Origin: Dehalococcoidia bacterium
Lineage (GTDB): Bacteria > Chloroflexota > Dehalococcoidia > UBA2979
Reading direction: 5' to 3'
NCBI GenBank assembly: GCA_963667465.2
Contig: CAXXDN010000002.1
Span: 416,001 to 480,000 of the forward strand
DNA length: 64,000 nt
Part shown: positions 17,224-29,288 of the stretch, piece by piece
Layout of the letters: the number at the start of each line of letters is the position of its first letter
Position numbering within the stretch: the first letter of the stretch is position 1
Translations under genes and position numbers: made by a program
Notes under the pieces: generated by a model
The model's database searches: none
What the model was told of the DNA's origin: nothing
Seen by the model: only the letters and a program-made list of their open reading frames with translations

Positions 17224-19691
17224 CGCAAATCGCCTCCGCCTCCATCCTGCCACACCGCCACCGCCCCCGCCTCCGCGAGGCGGGCGATCTCGGCGGCGGC
17301 GTAGCCGAGCTCCGCGAGGACCTCGGCGGTGTGCTGGCCGAGCACGGGGGGCGGGCGGCGCAGCGCGGTCCACGGCTCCTCGAAGGTCCAGGGCGGGGCG
17401 ACCGTCTCGAGGTCGCCGAGGGTGGCGTGGCCCTCGAGGCGGCGCACCATCTCGAGCGCCGCGACCTGCTCGCTCTTCAGCAGTGACTCGATGGTATGCA
17501 TCGGCACGATCGTGCCGCCGAGCTCGTCCTGCACGATGCGGCGCAGATCCTCGTAGCGCCAGTTGCGCAGGGTGCCGTTTACCTCGTCTGGCAGGTAGCG
17601 AAGGTTGTCCATCATCCCCCGCGGCCCGCTGAAGCGTTCGTCGAGCAGCACCTCGGGGCAATCGATGGCGATGAGGAAGGCGTTCCAGCCGCCCTCGTCG
17701 CCGCGCAGCGTGATCAGCGCGGGGCCGTCGCTGGTTTCGAAGCCGTAATCGGGCGGGTCGGTCAGCCCGAGGATCGCCCGGCCCTCGAGCGAGTCCTGCG
17801 AGCGCTCGGCGGTGAAGGTCCACTGGTGGATCGCCGTGAGCGCCGCGAGCATCGAGGTCTCGACGTGCTGGCCGACGCCGTGGCGGTCGCGCCAGAGCAG
17901 CGCGGTGAGGATTGCCTGGAAGCCGGCCATGCCCGCCGCGTGCTGCGCGAAGTCGTATCCGAAGCGCAGCGGGGGCTCGCCGGGCCGGCCGAGGTGGCGG
18001 TTCGAGCCGACGATCGCCTGGATGTCGAGCTCGCTCGCGGGCGCGCCGGCCAGCGGGCCGCGGCTGCCGTACCCGCTGATCGAGCAGTAGACGAGGCGTG
18101 GATGGCGCTCGCGCAGCGCCTCGTAGCCGAAACCGAGTCGCTCCATCACGCCCGGCCGGTAGCCCTCGACGAGCACGTCGGCGTCCTCGAGCAGTCGCAC
18201 GAGGATCTCCGCGCCGGCCTCGCGCTTGAGATCGACGGCGATGCCGCGCTTGTTGCGCTGGAACTGCAGGAACAGCCCGCCCTCCGGCGTGGCGCCGCCC
18301 GGCGCCTCCACGAACGGTCCGATCGTGCGCAAGAAGTCCCCCGAGGGCGGCTCGAGCTTCACTACTTCGGCGCCGAGGTCGCCGAGCTGCATCGCGCAGA
18401 GCGCCCCGGGGATGCCCTGCGAGACATCGACGACTCGCAAGCCATCGAGGGGGAGCTGCGAGTGCGACCGGCTGTCGGCCGGGCGCGCGCTCGCGCCGTT
18501 CGGCTCGTCGGCTGCGGCGAGTTCCGCGAGCACCTCGGAGGTGTGCTCGCCGAGACGGGGGGCGGCGCGCGTGATCCGCGCCTCGGTCGTGCCGAAGCGC
18601 CAGTGCGGCTTGGCGCTGGCCATGCCGCCGTAGGGTGTGTCGAGCACCGTCACGAGGTCCTCGGCGATCGCCTGCGGGTGTTCGAGCAGGCTCGCGCTCA
18701 GCGTCGGGCCGCGCTGGAAGGCGGCAGCGGGTACATCGGCGTCATGCAGGCGGCGCTCCCAGTCCTCTGCGCTGCGCTCGCGGAAGCAGGCCTTGAGGAG
18801 CGGCAATAGCTCGGCGCGGTGCTCGACGCGCGCGGCGTTGGTCGCGAAGCGGGGGTCGTCGCGAAGCTTCCGCAGGCCGAGGGCGTCGCAGAGCTTCGGC
18901 CAGAAGCCGTCGTGCGGTGTGCTAATGGCGACATAACCATCGGTACACGCGAACGCCTGGTCCGGCACGAGGTTGGGGCGGGCGCTGCCCATCGGCACGG
19001 GCGCGCGGCCGCTCGCGAAGTACTCGGCGATGCGGCTTGTCGCGCCGACGATCGTCGATTGCAGCTGCGAGGTCTGGATGAACGTGCCGCGCCCGGTACG
19101 CGCGCGCGCGTAGAGGGCGACGAGGAGTGCCTGCAGGTTGGTAAAGGCGCCGCTCCAGTCGAGCGTTGCCGTGCCGCGCGAGAACTCCTGCTGGCCGCCG
19201 GCCTCGCCGGTGACGCTGGTCAGGCCGGCCGCGGCCTGCGAGAACCACTCGTTACTGGTCATGCCGTGCATCGGCCCGCGCGGACCGTAGGCCGAGCTCT
19301 GCAGGTAGATCAGCCGTGGGTTGTGCTCGCGCAGCAGCTCGTAGCCGAGGCCGAGGCGGCGCATCACCTCGGGCGAGCGGAAGTTCTCGACGAGCACGTC
19401 GGCGCTCGCGATCAGCCGCAGCGCCTGCGCGTGGTCCGCCGGCTCCTTGAGGTCGAGCATGACCCCGCGCTTGCCGAGGTTGTTGCCGAGGAACGTGTGC
19501 CCGGTCCCGCGCAGTCGCGGCCTGGTGCCGCGCACGGTGTCGCCGCGCGGGGACTCGACCTTGATCGCGTCGGCGCCGAGCCAGCCGAGGTACTCGGCGG
19601 CGATCGGCCCGACGGCGGCCTGGCCGAAATCGAGCACGCGCAGGCCGTTGAGCGGCCCTGTCCAGCCCTCACTGCTCAGTTGCTCGGCCAT
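17220..19691 (-). CDS. Tandem double-domain family III CoA-transferase
   Basis: Two complete CaiB-like domains (GPLNGLRVLDF...; PLDGLRVVDV...). Confidence 0.92.
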   Translation of the reverse strand: MAEQLSSEGWTGPLNGLRVLDFGQAAVGPIAAEYLGWLGADAIKVESPRGDTVRGTRPRLRGTGHTFLGNNLGKRGVMLDLKEPADHAQALRLIASADVLVENFRSPEVMRRLGLGYELLREHNPRLIYLQSSAYGPRGPMHGMTSNEWFSQAAAGLTSVTGEAGGQQEFSRGTATLDWSGAFTNLQALLVALYARARTGRGTFIQTSQLQSTIVGATSRIAEYFASGRAPVPMGSARPNLVPDQAFACTDGYVAISTPHDGFWPKLCDALGLRKLRDDPRFATNAARVEHRAELLPLLKACFRERSAEDWERRLHDADVPAAAFQRGPTLSASLLEHPQAIAEDLVTVLDTPYGGMASAKPHWRFGTTEARITRAAPRLGEHTSEVLAELAAADEPNGASARPADSRSHSQLPLDGLRVVDVSQGIPGALCAMQLGDLGAEVVKLEPPSGDFLRTIGPFVEAPGGATPEGGLFLQFQRNKRGIAVDLKREAGAEILVRLLEDADVLVEGYRPGVMERLGFGYEALRERHPRLVYCSISGYGSRGPLAGAPASELDIQAIVGSNRHLGRPGEPPLRFGYDFAQHAAGMAGFQAILTALLWRDRHGVGQHVETSMLAALTAIHQWTFTAERSQDSLEGRAILGLTDPPDYGFETSDGPALITLRGDEGGWNAFLIAIDCPEVLLDERFSGPRGMMDNLRYLPDEVNGTLRNWRYEDLRRIVQDELGGTIVPMHTIESLLKSEQVAALEMVRRLEGHATLGDLETVAPPWTFEEPWTALRRPPPVLGQHTAEVLAELGYAAAEIARLAEAGAVAVWQDGGGGDLR

Positions 19692-19779
19692 GCCCGCACC
19701 ATGCGCGGGCGCGGCATGGTGGTCAAGGCGCAGACGGCAGGCGGGGCGCTATTATCGGCGCGGCCGGAAGGGGGCCCCG

Positions 19780-20709
19780 ATGAGCAACGAAGAGCGGCCG
19801 CTGCCGACGAGCGAAGAGGTGAACTCCTGGCTGACCGAGCGGCGCAACTGGGGCCGCTGGGGCGACGACGACAGCCGTGGCGCGGTGAACCTGATCACGG
19901 ACGAGAAGCGTCTCGCGGCGTTCGGTCTCGTGCAGCAGGCACACGTTGTCTCGATCAGCCGCGACTACCCGAAGGACCCCGGCCCGACGAACCCGGTGCC
20001 GGCGCAGCACTTCCTGCGCCGCAACGTTCGCGTGCCCGATGGCGGGTCGGTCGTCGACTACTACGGCTTCATCTTCCACGGCCACACGCACACCCACCTC
20101 GACGCGCTCTGCCACGTCTGGGACAAGAACGGGGCGTGGCAGGGCCGCGATCCGTCCGAGTTCATCACCGGCGACGGCGTCACCTACGCCGACGTGACCG
20201 CCTGGGACACCGGCATCATCACCCGCGGCGTCCTGCTCGACGTGCCACGCCACCGCGGGACGGACTACGTGACGACGGACCGCCCGGTGCACGGCTGGGA
20301 GCTCGAGGAGATCGCCGAGGCACAGGGCGTGACCGTCGGGTCCGGCGACGCGCTGCTCGTGTACAGCGGCCGCGAGGCCTACCAGGCCGATCACCCGGAC
20401 CAGTTCCTCGGCGAGGCGGGCAGCACGACGCCCGGGCTGCACGCCTCGTGCCTGCCGTTCGTGCGCGACAACGATGTCTCGCTGCTCGGCTGGGACATGA
20501 TGGATGCGAAGCCGAACGACTACGACTACCCGTGGGCGATGCACGGCGTGATCTACGCCTACGGCGTGCCGCTGCTCGACAACGCGCTGCTGCAACCGCT
20601 CGCGGAGGCGTGCGCCGGGCAGGGCCGCTACGAGTTCCTGCTGATCATCTCGCCGCTGCGAGTGCCCGGCGGCACGGGCAGCCCCGTCAACCCGCTCGCC
20701 ATCTTCTAG
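19780..20709 (+). CDS. Cyclase / kynurenine formamidase-like metal hydrolase
   Basis: NWGRWG, HGHTHTHLDALCH, RGVLLDV, GGTGSPVNPLA. Confidence 0.9.
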   Translation: MSNEERPLPTSEEVNSWLTERRNWGRWGDDDSRGAVNLITDEKRLAAFGLVQQAHVVSISRDYPKDPGPTNPVPAQHFLRRNVRVPDGGSVVDYYGFIFHGHTHTHLDALCHVWDKNGAWQGRDPSEFITGDGVTYADVTAWDTGIITRGVLLDVPRHRGTDYVTTDRPVHGWELEEIAEAQGVTVGSGDALLVYSGREAYQADHPDQFLGEAGSTTPGLHASCLPFVRDNDVSLLGWDMMDAKPNDYDYPWAMHGVIYAYGVPLLDNALLQPLAEACAGQGRYEFLLIISPLRVPGGTGSPVNPLAIF

Positions 20710-20774
20710 CGGGCGGCCGGACCCGCGCCTGCGCCCTCCTCTGAGGGGTGGGTCGCGGTGCGCTGCACGCCGCA

Positions 20775-21072
20775 CGGGCTGCGCCCGCCCCCCTCACCCC
20801 CGCCCTCTCCCGCCAGGGGAGAGGGGGCCGGAATGTGCGCCCGCGGGGCTCCGAGGCGAGCAGCAGCCGTGGGCGAGCGCCCTCACCCCCGCCCTCTCCC
20901 GCGGGGAGAGGGGGCCGGAATGTGCGCCCTCGGGGCTTCGGGGCGAGCAGCAGCGGGGGTGTGGGGGCGGAGCCCCCACAGGAAAGAAACATCCGAGGGT
21001 GGGTGGGTGGGCCGAGCAGCGCGCCGCGCCCGCTCTCCGGGACGGGGTGTGGGAGCGCAGCCCCCCGCACAC
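20775..21072. repeat. REP-like intergenic palindromic repeat cluster B
   Basis: Two ~88-bp tandem units containing CCCTCACCCCCGCCCTCTCCC..GGGGAGAGGGGGCCGGAATGTGCGCCC, then GTGGGGGCGGAGCCCCCACAGGAAAGAAAC and (GGGT)3GGG. Confidence 0.88.
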
Positions 21073-21098
21073 GGCGGCAGGAGTTGCTCAGGTGGCGG

Positions 21099-21755
21099 CT
21101 AGCCGTGCGAGTGGCCGCCGTGCCCGTGGCCGGCGGAGGGCTGGTAGTAGGGGTTGCGGCCGGACGCATGGTCGGTCGCGTCCATGATCTCTTCGATCTC
21201 GGGCACCGCCTCTTTCATCATGCCCTCGATGCCCTCGCGCAGGGTCACGTTCGCCATCCCGCAGCCCTGGCAGCCACCACCCATGCGGATGAACGCCACC
21301 TTGTCCTCCACGCCGAGGAGGTCGACTGCGCCGCCGTGCGCCGCGATCGCCGGGTTGACCTGCTCGTCGAACAGCACCTGGATGCGCTCGGCCAGCGGAT
21401 CGCGCCAGCGCGGGTTGGGGTTGTCGAACTCGAAGCCGTTGACGCCCTCGCCCTTGTACGCCCAGTGCACGGCCAGCCCATCAAGGTAGTCCGCGTGGTC
21501 ACTGTCGACATAAAGCGCGAGTCCGTCGAAGTCCAGCTCGAAGTCTTCTTCCGGCTCGCGTCCCGCGTCGACCATCGTGAGCAGATGCTCGAGGCCTTCC
21601 TTGCTGCGACGCGCCACCTGCAGGCGGATGCCGGTGACGGGCGGTTCGCCGGCGGACTCCATCAGGTGCAGGAGGCGGGCGATCGCCTCGTCGGTCATTG
21701 CGATCTCGGGGCCGTACTCGTCAACGTCGGTGTCGAGGTCAAGGTCGGTCGTCAC
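21099..21755 (-). CDS. nfuA: Fe-S biogenesis protein NfuA
   Basis: Degenerate A-type N-domain (FDNPN), NifU-C domain HGGAV...GGGCQGC, DATDH; His-rich tail. Confidence 0.9.
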   Translation of the reverse strand: MTTDLDLDTDVDEYGPEIAMTDEAIARLLHLMESAGEPPVTGIRLQVARRSKEGLEHLLTMVDAGREPEEDFELDFDGLALYVDSDHADYLDGLAVHWAYKGEGVNGFEFDNPNPRWRDPLAERIQVLFDEQVNPAIAAHGGAVDLLGVEDKVAFIRMGGGCQGCGMANVTLREGIEGMMKEAVPEIEEIMDATDHASGRNPYYQPSAGHGHGGHSHG

Positions 21756-21930
21756 GATTGCTCCTCCGCTGTTGCTTAAGCCTAGCGGATTCGTCTACAG
21801 GGCGCTGCCGGTGCGGCGGGCGCGGGCTCGCAACGAGGGCCCATGCTACGCTCGCACACCCCGTGCGTCATCGTCCGGGCGCGGCGCCGGCCGAGGCGCG
21901 GGACGTGCCCGCACGCGCGAATGGACGGCC

Positions 21931-23244
21931 ATGAGCGTCGCGCCCAGCCCCGCTCCCCAGACGCCTCGCGACGAGCGCGCCGGCGCCAACGGCGGCCGCG
22001 GGCCGCGGCTGCCCTTCGCGGGGCGCGCGGGCGAGTTGCGCACCTTCGAGTCGCTGGGCGACCGGAATTTCCGCTGGTTCTTTGTCTCCACGCTGGGCCA
22101 GTTCGGGGGAATCCAGACGCAGATGCTGGCGATGGGCTTCATCGTCTACGAGCTGACCGGATCGCCGGGACGGCTCGGCCTCGTCGCGCTCGTCAACGCG
22201 ATTCCCTCGCTCGCCTTCTCGCTCTACGGGGGGATGCTCGCGGACCGCGTGCCGAGGCGGCTCGTGCTGCAGGTGGGGCAGACCTTCCAGGCGCTGCTCG
22301 CGGGCCTCGTGGCCGCGCTCCTCTTCCTCGGCGTGCTGCGCTACGAGCACCTGATCGTGATCGTCTTTTTCCAGGGCGCCGGTATGGCGCTGATGATGCC
22401 GGCGCGGCAGGCGATGATCCCGGAGATCGCGGGCGAAGAGCGGTTGATGAACGCGATCTCGCTCGGCGCCGCCGGGATGACGACGATGCGGCTGATTGCT
22501 CCTGCTATCGGCGGCGCGTTGCTCGTGATCGCGAACAGCGCCTGGCTCTACAGCGCGGTCGTGATCTACTACCTCATCGCCATCGGCGCGCTCGTCCCGA
22601 TGCGGCTGGCGGCCGCGCGTTCGGCCGGCGCGCCGGCCCGGGACGCGCAGGGCTGGGCGGGCGTGCGCGACGGGATCCGTTACACGCTGCGGCACACTGC
22701 GATCCTGCAGGTGCTGGCGGTCAACCTGCTGATCGTGTGCGCCTCGATGCCCTGGATGTTCCTGCTCCCCGGCTGGGTCGAGGACGTGCTCGGCCTGGGC
22801 GGCTTCCACCTCGGACTGCTGCTCAGCGTGATGGGCGTCGGCTCGCTGTTCGGCTCGCTCGTGATCGCCTCGCTGCCGCCGCGCCACCGCGGGCTGCTCT
22901 ACCTGCTGAGCGCCGTGCTGCTGGCGAGCGGGGTGCTCGCGTTCGCGGTCTTCGATGCGTTCCTGGTGGCCGTGCTGCTGACCGTGGTGATCGGCGTGGC
23001 GCACGCCGTGCGGATGTCGCTCAGCACCGTCCTGCTCCAGACCTACGTCGATGCCGAGTACCGCGGCCGCGTGCTCTCGATCTACATGATGGAGTTCGGC
23101 CTCGTCGCCCTCGGCGTCTTCGCTGTCGGCGCGATTGCCGAGGTGGTGGGCCTGCAGCTCGCGATCGGTGGCGCGGCCGCCTTCCTGCTCCTCGTTGCGC
23201 TGGCGCTCTTCCCCGCCTTCCCGACGCTGCGCCGCCTCCAGTAG
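21931..23244 (+). CDS. MFS transporter
   Basis: Multiple TM helices, GGMLADRVPRR motif A, YRGRVLS. Confidence 0.92.
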   Translation: MSVAPSPAPQTPRDERAGANGGRGPRLPFAGRAGELRTFESLGDRNFRWFFVSTLGQFGGIQTQMLAMGFIVYELTGSPGRLGLVALVNAIPSLAFSLYGGMLADRVPRRLVLQVGQTFQALLAGLVAALLFLGVLRYEHLIVIVFFQGAGMALMMPARQAMIPEIAGEERLMNAISLGAAGMTTMRLIAPAIGGALLVIANSAWLYSAVVIYYLIAIGALVPMRLAAARSAGAPARDAQGWAGVRDGIRYTLRHTAILQVLAVNLLIVCASMPWMFLLPGWVEDVLGLGGFHLGLLLSVMGVGSLFGSLVIASLPPRHRGLLYLLSAVLLASGVLAFAVFDAFLVAVLLTVVIGVAHAVRMSLSTVLLQTYVDAEYRGRVLSIYMMEFGLVALGVFAVGAIAEVVGLQLAIGGAAAFLLLVALALFPAFPTLRRLQ

Positions 23245-23334
23245 GGGAGGCCGCGCCGCCGACCGCCTCCCATCCGCCCCATGCGCTACAGTGCCCGCGC
23301 GACTGCGCCCGCGAGGGCGCGCGAGGAGGTCCGG

Positions 23335-24462
23335 ATGGCGAACATACCCGCGACGTGCCGCGCCGCACTGCTGGTCGGCCATCAGCAACCGCTGGACATC
23401 GCCGAGGTGCCGGTTCCGCAGGATCTGGAGCCGGGCGCGCTGCTGGTGCGCAACACCGCCGCCACGATCTGCGCCAGCGACGTGCACCTCTGGGAGGGCG
23501 AGTCGGGCTCCTCGACGGACCGCTTCCCGCGCATCCTCGGTCACGAGATGACGGGGCGTGTCGCCGCCATCGGCGAGGGCGCCGAGCGCGACTCGCTCGG
23601 CGAGCCGCTGCGCGTCGGCGACCGCATCATCTGGACGCACGGCTTCTGCGGGCAGTGCGTGAACTGCGTCATCGAGCACGAGCAGACGCTCTGCGACAAC
23701 CGCCGCGGCTACATGCGCGGCCTTGCCACTGAGTACCCGTACCTCACCGGCGGCTTCGCCGAGTACGGCTACGTCTACCCGAGCTCCGGGCGCGTCAAGG
23801 TACCCGACATTGTCCCCGACGAGCTCGCCTCGGCGGCGGCCTGCGCGCTGCGCACGGTGGTGCACGGCTTCGACCGCCTCGGACGGCTCGACGACCGCCA
23901 TACGGTGGTGATCCAGGGCTCCGGGCCACTCGGGCTGTTCTCGACGGCCGTGGCCTCGCGCAGCGGGCCTTCGAAGATCATCGTGATCGGCGGGCCGGCC
24001 GCGCGGCTCGAGGTCGCGCGCCGCTGGGGCGCCACGCACACGATCGACATCGCCGACATGCCGGACGCCGCCGATCGCGAGGCGCAGATCCGCGAGTGGA
24101 CGGACGGCCGCGGCCCGGACGTGGTGATCGAGGTCTCCGGCGTGGTCCCCGCCTTCCCCGAGGGCTTCTCGATGATCCGTCGCGGCGGCCGCTACCTGAT
24201 CATCGGCCAGCTGCACGAGCAGGAGGTGCCGATCAAGCCGGGCGAGGTCACGCGCAAGCACGTGCGCATCATCGGCTCGATCTCGGCGAGCGTGGCGCAC
24301 TACCACCGCGCGCTGCAGTTCATCGCCCACAACTGGGAGCGTTTCACCTGGATGGACATGATCTCCAACCGCTACCCGATCGAGGAGATCAACGAGGCGA
24401 TGGTGCGTATGCAGAGCTGGGACGAGATCAAACCCGCAATCATCTTCGGAGACTCGCGATGA
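23335..24462 (+). CDS. Zn-dependent alcohol dehydrogenase (MDR)
   Basis: ICASDVH, GHE, CGQCVNC...C, GSGPLG. Confidence 0.93.
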   Translation: MANIPATCRAALLVGHQQPLDIAEVPVPQDLEPGALLVRNTAATICASDVHLWEGESGSSTDRFPRILGHEMTGRVAAIGEGAERDSLGEPLRVGDRIIWTHGFCGQCVNCVIEHEQTLCDNRRGYMRGLATEYPYLTGGFAEYGYVYPSSGRVKVPDIVPDELASAAACALRTVVHGFDRLGRLDDRHTVVIQGSGPLGLFSTAVASRSGPSKIIVIGGPAARLEVARRWGATHTIDIADMPDAADREAQIREWTDGRGPDVVIEVSGVVPAFPEGFSMIRRGGRYLIIGQLHEQEVPIKPGEVTRKHVRIIGSISASVAHYHRALQFIAHNWERFTWMDMISNRYPIEEINEAMVRMQSWDEIKPAIIFGDSR

Positions 24463-25439
24463 GCGCCGCCTCGCCGCCAATCGGTGTCGTCGCGTCCGCT
24501 GCGGAGGCAGGCGACGCCCTCGCCCAGATCGAGGAGGCCGAGCGCCTCGGCATTCCGGCCGCCTGGATGACCACGGGGGGCACGAGGGCGGACGCGCTCA
24601 CGATCTTCGGCGCGGCGCTGGCGCGGACCGAGCGGATCATCCTCGGCAGCTGCATCGTGCCAACCTGGCCACGCCACCCGGTGCTGCTGGCGCAGCAGAC
24701 ACGGGCGCTCGAAGAAATCTCGCCGGGCCGCTTCCGGCTCGGCATCGGCCCCGGCCACGAGCCGGGGATGGTGCACACCTTCGGCGTCGAGTGGCGCACG
24801 CCGCTCACCCACCTGCGTGAGTATCTGCACGTGCTGACCACGCTGCTGCACGAGGGCGAGGTGGAGTTCGAGGGCAGCCACGTCACCGCGCGCGGCCGCC
24901 TCGATGAGCCGCTTTCGACGCCGGTGCTGGCGTCCGCGCTGCAGTTGCGCTCCTACCGGCTCTGCGGCGAGCTGGCGGACGGGGCGATCTCCTGGAACTC
25001 GCCCGCCGCCTACCTGCTGGAGCGCGCGCTGCCCGCGCTGCGCGAGGGCGCCGCCGCGGCCGGGCGCGAGCCGCCGCCGCTGATCGCGCACGTCCCGGTC
25101 TGCGTCAGCGAGGACCGCGAGCTGGTCCTGGCCGCCGGCAAGACCCAGCTCGGGCGGTCCGCGCGACTGCCGTTCTACGCGGGGATGCTCGCCGCCGCCG
25201 GCTACCCGGACGCCGCCTCGAACATTGAGGAGGCGCTGGTCGACGCGCTGATCGTCGCCGGCAGCGAGCAGCAGGTCGCCGATCGGCTGGCTGAGCTCGC
25301 GGGGAGCGGGCTCGGTGAGCTGCTGGTGCTGCCGATCGGCCCGGGCGACCCGCAGCCGTGGATCGAGCGCGGCTTCGCCGCGGCCGCGAGGGCGGTGGAC
25401 CAGCTCCGCGCCGCGCAGGCCAGTTCGGCAGGCCTGTAG
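24459..25439 (+). CDS. LLM-class flavin-dependent oxidoreductase
   Basis: RHPVLLAQQ, GRFRLGIGPGH, GELADG; ATGA overlap with the ADH. Confidence 0.9.
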   Translation: MSAASPPIGVVASAAEAGDALAQIEEAERLGIPAAWMTTGGTRADALTIFGAALARTERIILGSCIVPTWPRHPVLLAQQTRALEEISPGRFRLGIGPGHEPGMVHTFGVEWRTPLTHLREYLHVLTTLLHEGEVEFEGSHVTARGRLDEPLSTPVLASALQLRSYRLCGELADGAISWNSPAAYLLERALPALREGAAAAGREPPPLIAHVPVCVSEDRELVLAAGKTQLGRSARLPFYAGMLAAAGYPDAASNIEEALVDALIVAGSEQQVADRLAELAGSGLGELLVLPIGPGDPQPWIERGFAAAARAVDQLRAAQASSAGL

Positions 25440-25485
25440 TACGTTACGCCCGTGACCGTTCCCGGACCGGCAGGAGGAGGGCAAA

Positions 25486-25806
25486 ATGCCCAGGTATCTG
25501 GCCACAGCGTCGTACAGCATCGAGGGAGTCGGGGGCTTGCTCGCGGAGGGCGGTACATCCCGCCGCGACGCCCTCAGCGCCGCGATCGCCTCCGTCGGGG
25601 GCACGGTGGAGGCCTTCTACTACGCCTTCGGTGACGACGACCTCTACATCATCATGGACGTCCCCGACCAGGTCTCGGCGGCTGCGCTTGGCCTCGCCAT
25701 CGGCGGCGCCGGGGCGATTAGCTGGAGCACCACCGTGCTGCTGACCGCCGAGGAGATCGACGAGGCTGTCGGCACGTCCGTCGAGTACCGGCCGCCCGGC
25801 GCGTAG
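25486..25806 (+). CDS. GYD domain protein
   Basis: GGTVEAFYYAFGDDDLY, YRPPG terminus; GGAGGAGG RBS. Confidence 0.85.
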   Translation: MPRYLATASYSIEGVGGLLAEGGTSRRDALSAAIASVGGTVEAFYYAFGDDDLYIIMDVPDQVSAAALGLAIGGAGAISWSTTVLLTAEEIDEAVGTSVEYRPPGA

Positions 25807-25945
25807 GACCGGGCGCGGCCCGGGAGGGTCGCGGCAGAGTACGACGCACGCAGCCCCGAGTCAGACTCGAGTGCGTCGCGGCCCATCGTGAGAGGCTGCG
25901 ATATACTCGGCTCCGCCGACACGCCCAACGGGGGAGGGATTCGTT

Positions 25946-27694
<1,749 letters not shown>

Positions 27695-27785
27695 TTCGCT
27701 CAGCCGGCTGGCTGCGCGCCGCGGCCCCTCGGGGCTCGCGCGGCGCGCCCCGGCCGCGCTGGAGCCGAAGGCGGAAGGCGGCGAG

Positions 27786-28925
27786 ATGACATCGGCCGAC
27801 GAGATCCAGATCCATCGCGGCTTCAACGGCGTCTACTTCGATCGCAGCGAGACCTGCTTCATCGACGGACGCGCCGGGAAGCTCCAGTACCGCGGCTACT
27901 CGATCGACGATCTCGCCGAGCACTCGACGTTCGAGGAGACCGGCTACCTGCTGCTCCACGGCGGCCTGCCGACGGCCGATCAACTCGCGGCGTTCGAGGC
28001 CGAGCTGAAGTCGGCCCGCACGCTCCCCGGCGAGATCCTTGACGTGATCCGGGTGGTCAAGGACGCGCACCCGATGGACGTGCTGCGCACGGCCGTCTCC
28101 GCGCTGTCCGCGATCGACCCGGAGACGGCGGACAAGTCGCACGACGCCACATTGCGCAAGGGCATGCGCCTCACCTCGCAGGTGCCGAGCATCGTGATGG
28201 CGCACCACGCGATTCGCGAGGGGCGCGACCCGATCGAGCCGAGGGACGACCTTTCGCACGCGGCCAACTTCCTCTACATGCTCGATGGCGAGGTTCCGAG
28301 CGAGGACTCGGCGCGGCTGATGGACAAGGACTTCATCCTCCACGCCGAGCACGGCTCCAACGCCTCGTCGTTCACGGCGCGCGTGGTGACCGGCACGCAG
28401 GCGGACCTGCACAGCTCGATCACGGCCGCGATCGCGGCGCTCTCCGGGCCCTCGCACGGGGGCGCGGCGGAGAACGTGATGAAGATGGCGCAGGAGATCG
28501 AGGAGCCGGAGCGCGCCGCCGCCTACGTCAAGGAGCTGCGCTCCCGCTCCGAGCCGATCATGGGCTTCGGCCACCGCGTCTACCGCGCCGAAGACCCCCG
28601 CGCCCGTCACCTGCGCGAGGGCGTCCAGCGGCTCAGCGCCGAGAAGGGCCAGCCCAAGTGGTACGCGATCCTCGAGGCGGTGCAGGAGGCGATGCGCCCC
28701 TACGGGCGGCTCGGCGTGAACGTCAACGTCGACTTCTTCGCGGGCGTGATCTACTACCTGCACGGCATCCCGCAGGATCTGTTCGTGCCGATCTTCGCGG
28801 TCGGGCGCGTGCCGGGCTGGACGGTGCAGGTGCTGGAGCAGATGGAGAACAACATCCTGCTGCGCCCCCTCCTCCAGTACGTCGGTCCCCTCGACCAGCC
28901 CTACATCCCGATCGAGGAGCGCTAG
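27786..28925 (+). CDS. gltA: Citrate / 2-methylcitrate synthase
   Basis: HAEHGSNAS, GPSHGGA, GFGHRVY, NVDF. Confidence 0.88.
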   Translation: MTSADEIQIHRGFNGVYFDRSETCFIDGRAGKLQYRGYSIDDLAEHSTFEETGYLLLHGGLPTADQLAAFEAELKSARTLPGEILDVIRVVKDAHPMDVLRTAVSALSAIDPETADKSHDATLRKGMRLTSQVPSIVMAHHAIREGRDPIEPRDDLSHAANFLYMLDGEVPSEDSARLMDKDFILHAEHGSNASSFTARVVTGTQADLHSSITAAIAALSGPSHGGAAENVMKMAQEIEEPERAAAYVKELRSRSEPIMGFGHRVYRAEDPRARHLREGVQRLSAEKGQPKWYAILEAVQEAMRPYGRLGVNVNVDFFAGVIYYLHGIPQDLFVPIFAVGRVPGWTVQVLEQMENNILLRPLLQYVGPLDQPYIPIEER

Positions 28926-28969
28926 AGACGCGAAGGCGCGCTACGAGCCCCCCTCCCCCTCGTCGTCCC

Positions 28970-29095
28970 CGCGCCTGACGCAGCCGAGGAAGACGTCCCT
29001 GAGGATGTTGGACTCGCGGATCGACTCGGGCCTGCCGTCGTGCGCGATGCGGCCGCGGTCGAGCACGTACGCCCGGTCCACGATTTTCGTACTGC
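28970..29095 (-). pseudogene. C-terminal scrap of an ABC ATPase (LivF/LptB-like)
   Basis: KIVDRAYVLDRGRIAHDGRPESIRESNILRDVFLG with no Walker motifs upstream. Confidence 0.55.
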
Positions 29096-29288
29096 GGCAA
29101 AGTCGCGTTAACGGGCTCACGCCAGCACAACGAGCGGCATGCCGTGAGCCCGCGCCCGCTGTGCTGGGAACGTCGGGAAACGCCCCGTGAGGTATGGCGG
29201 AATGGGACGCCCCAGCGTGGACGAGCGCGGATAATCTGCGCGCTACCGGCGCATGCATCACGATGGCGCTGGAGTCTTGGAGTAGCCG

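Noticed and set aside
20775-21072. CRISPR array
   Set aside because: Only two units with similar intervening DNA, no unique spacers and no cas genes; fits REP-like repeats
29105-29116. GCGTTAACGGGC shared with 56787-56798
   Set aside because: A 12-bp match is expected by chance in 64 kb
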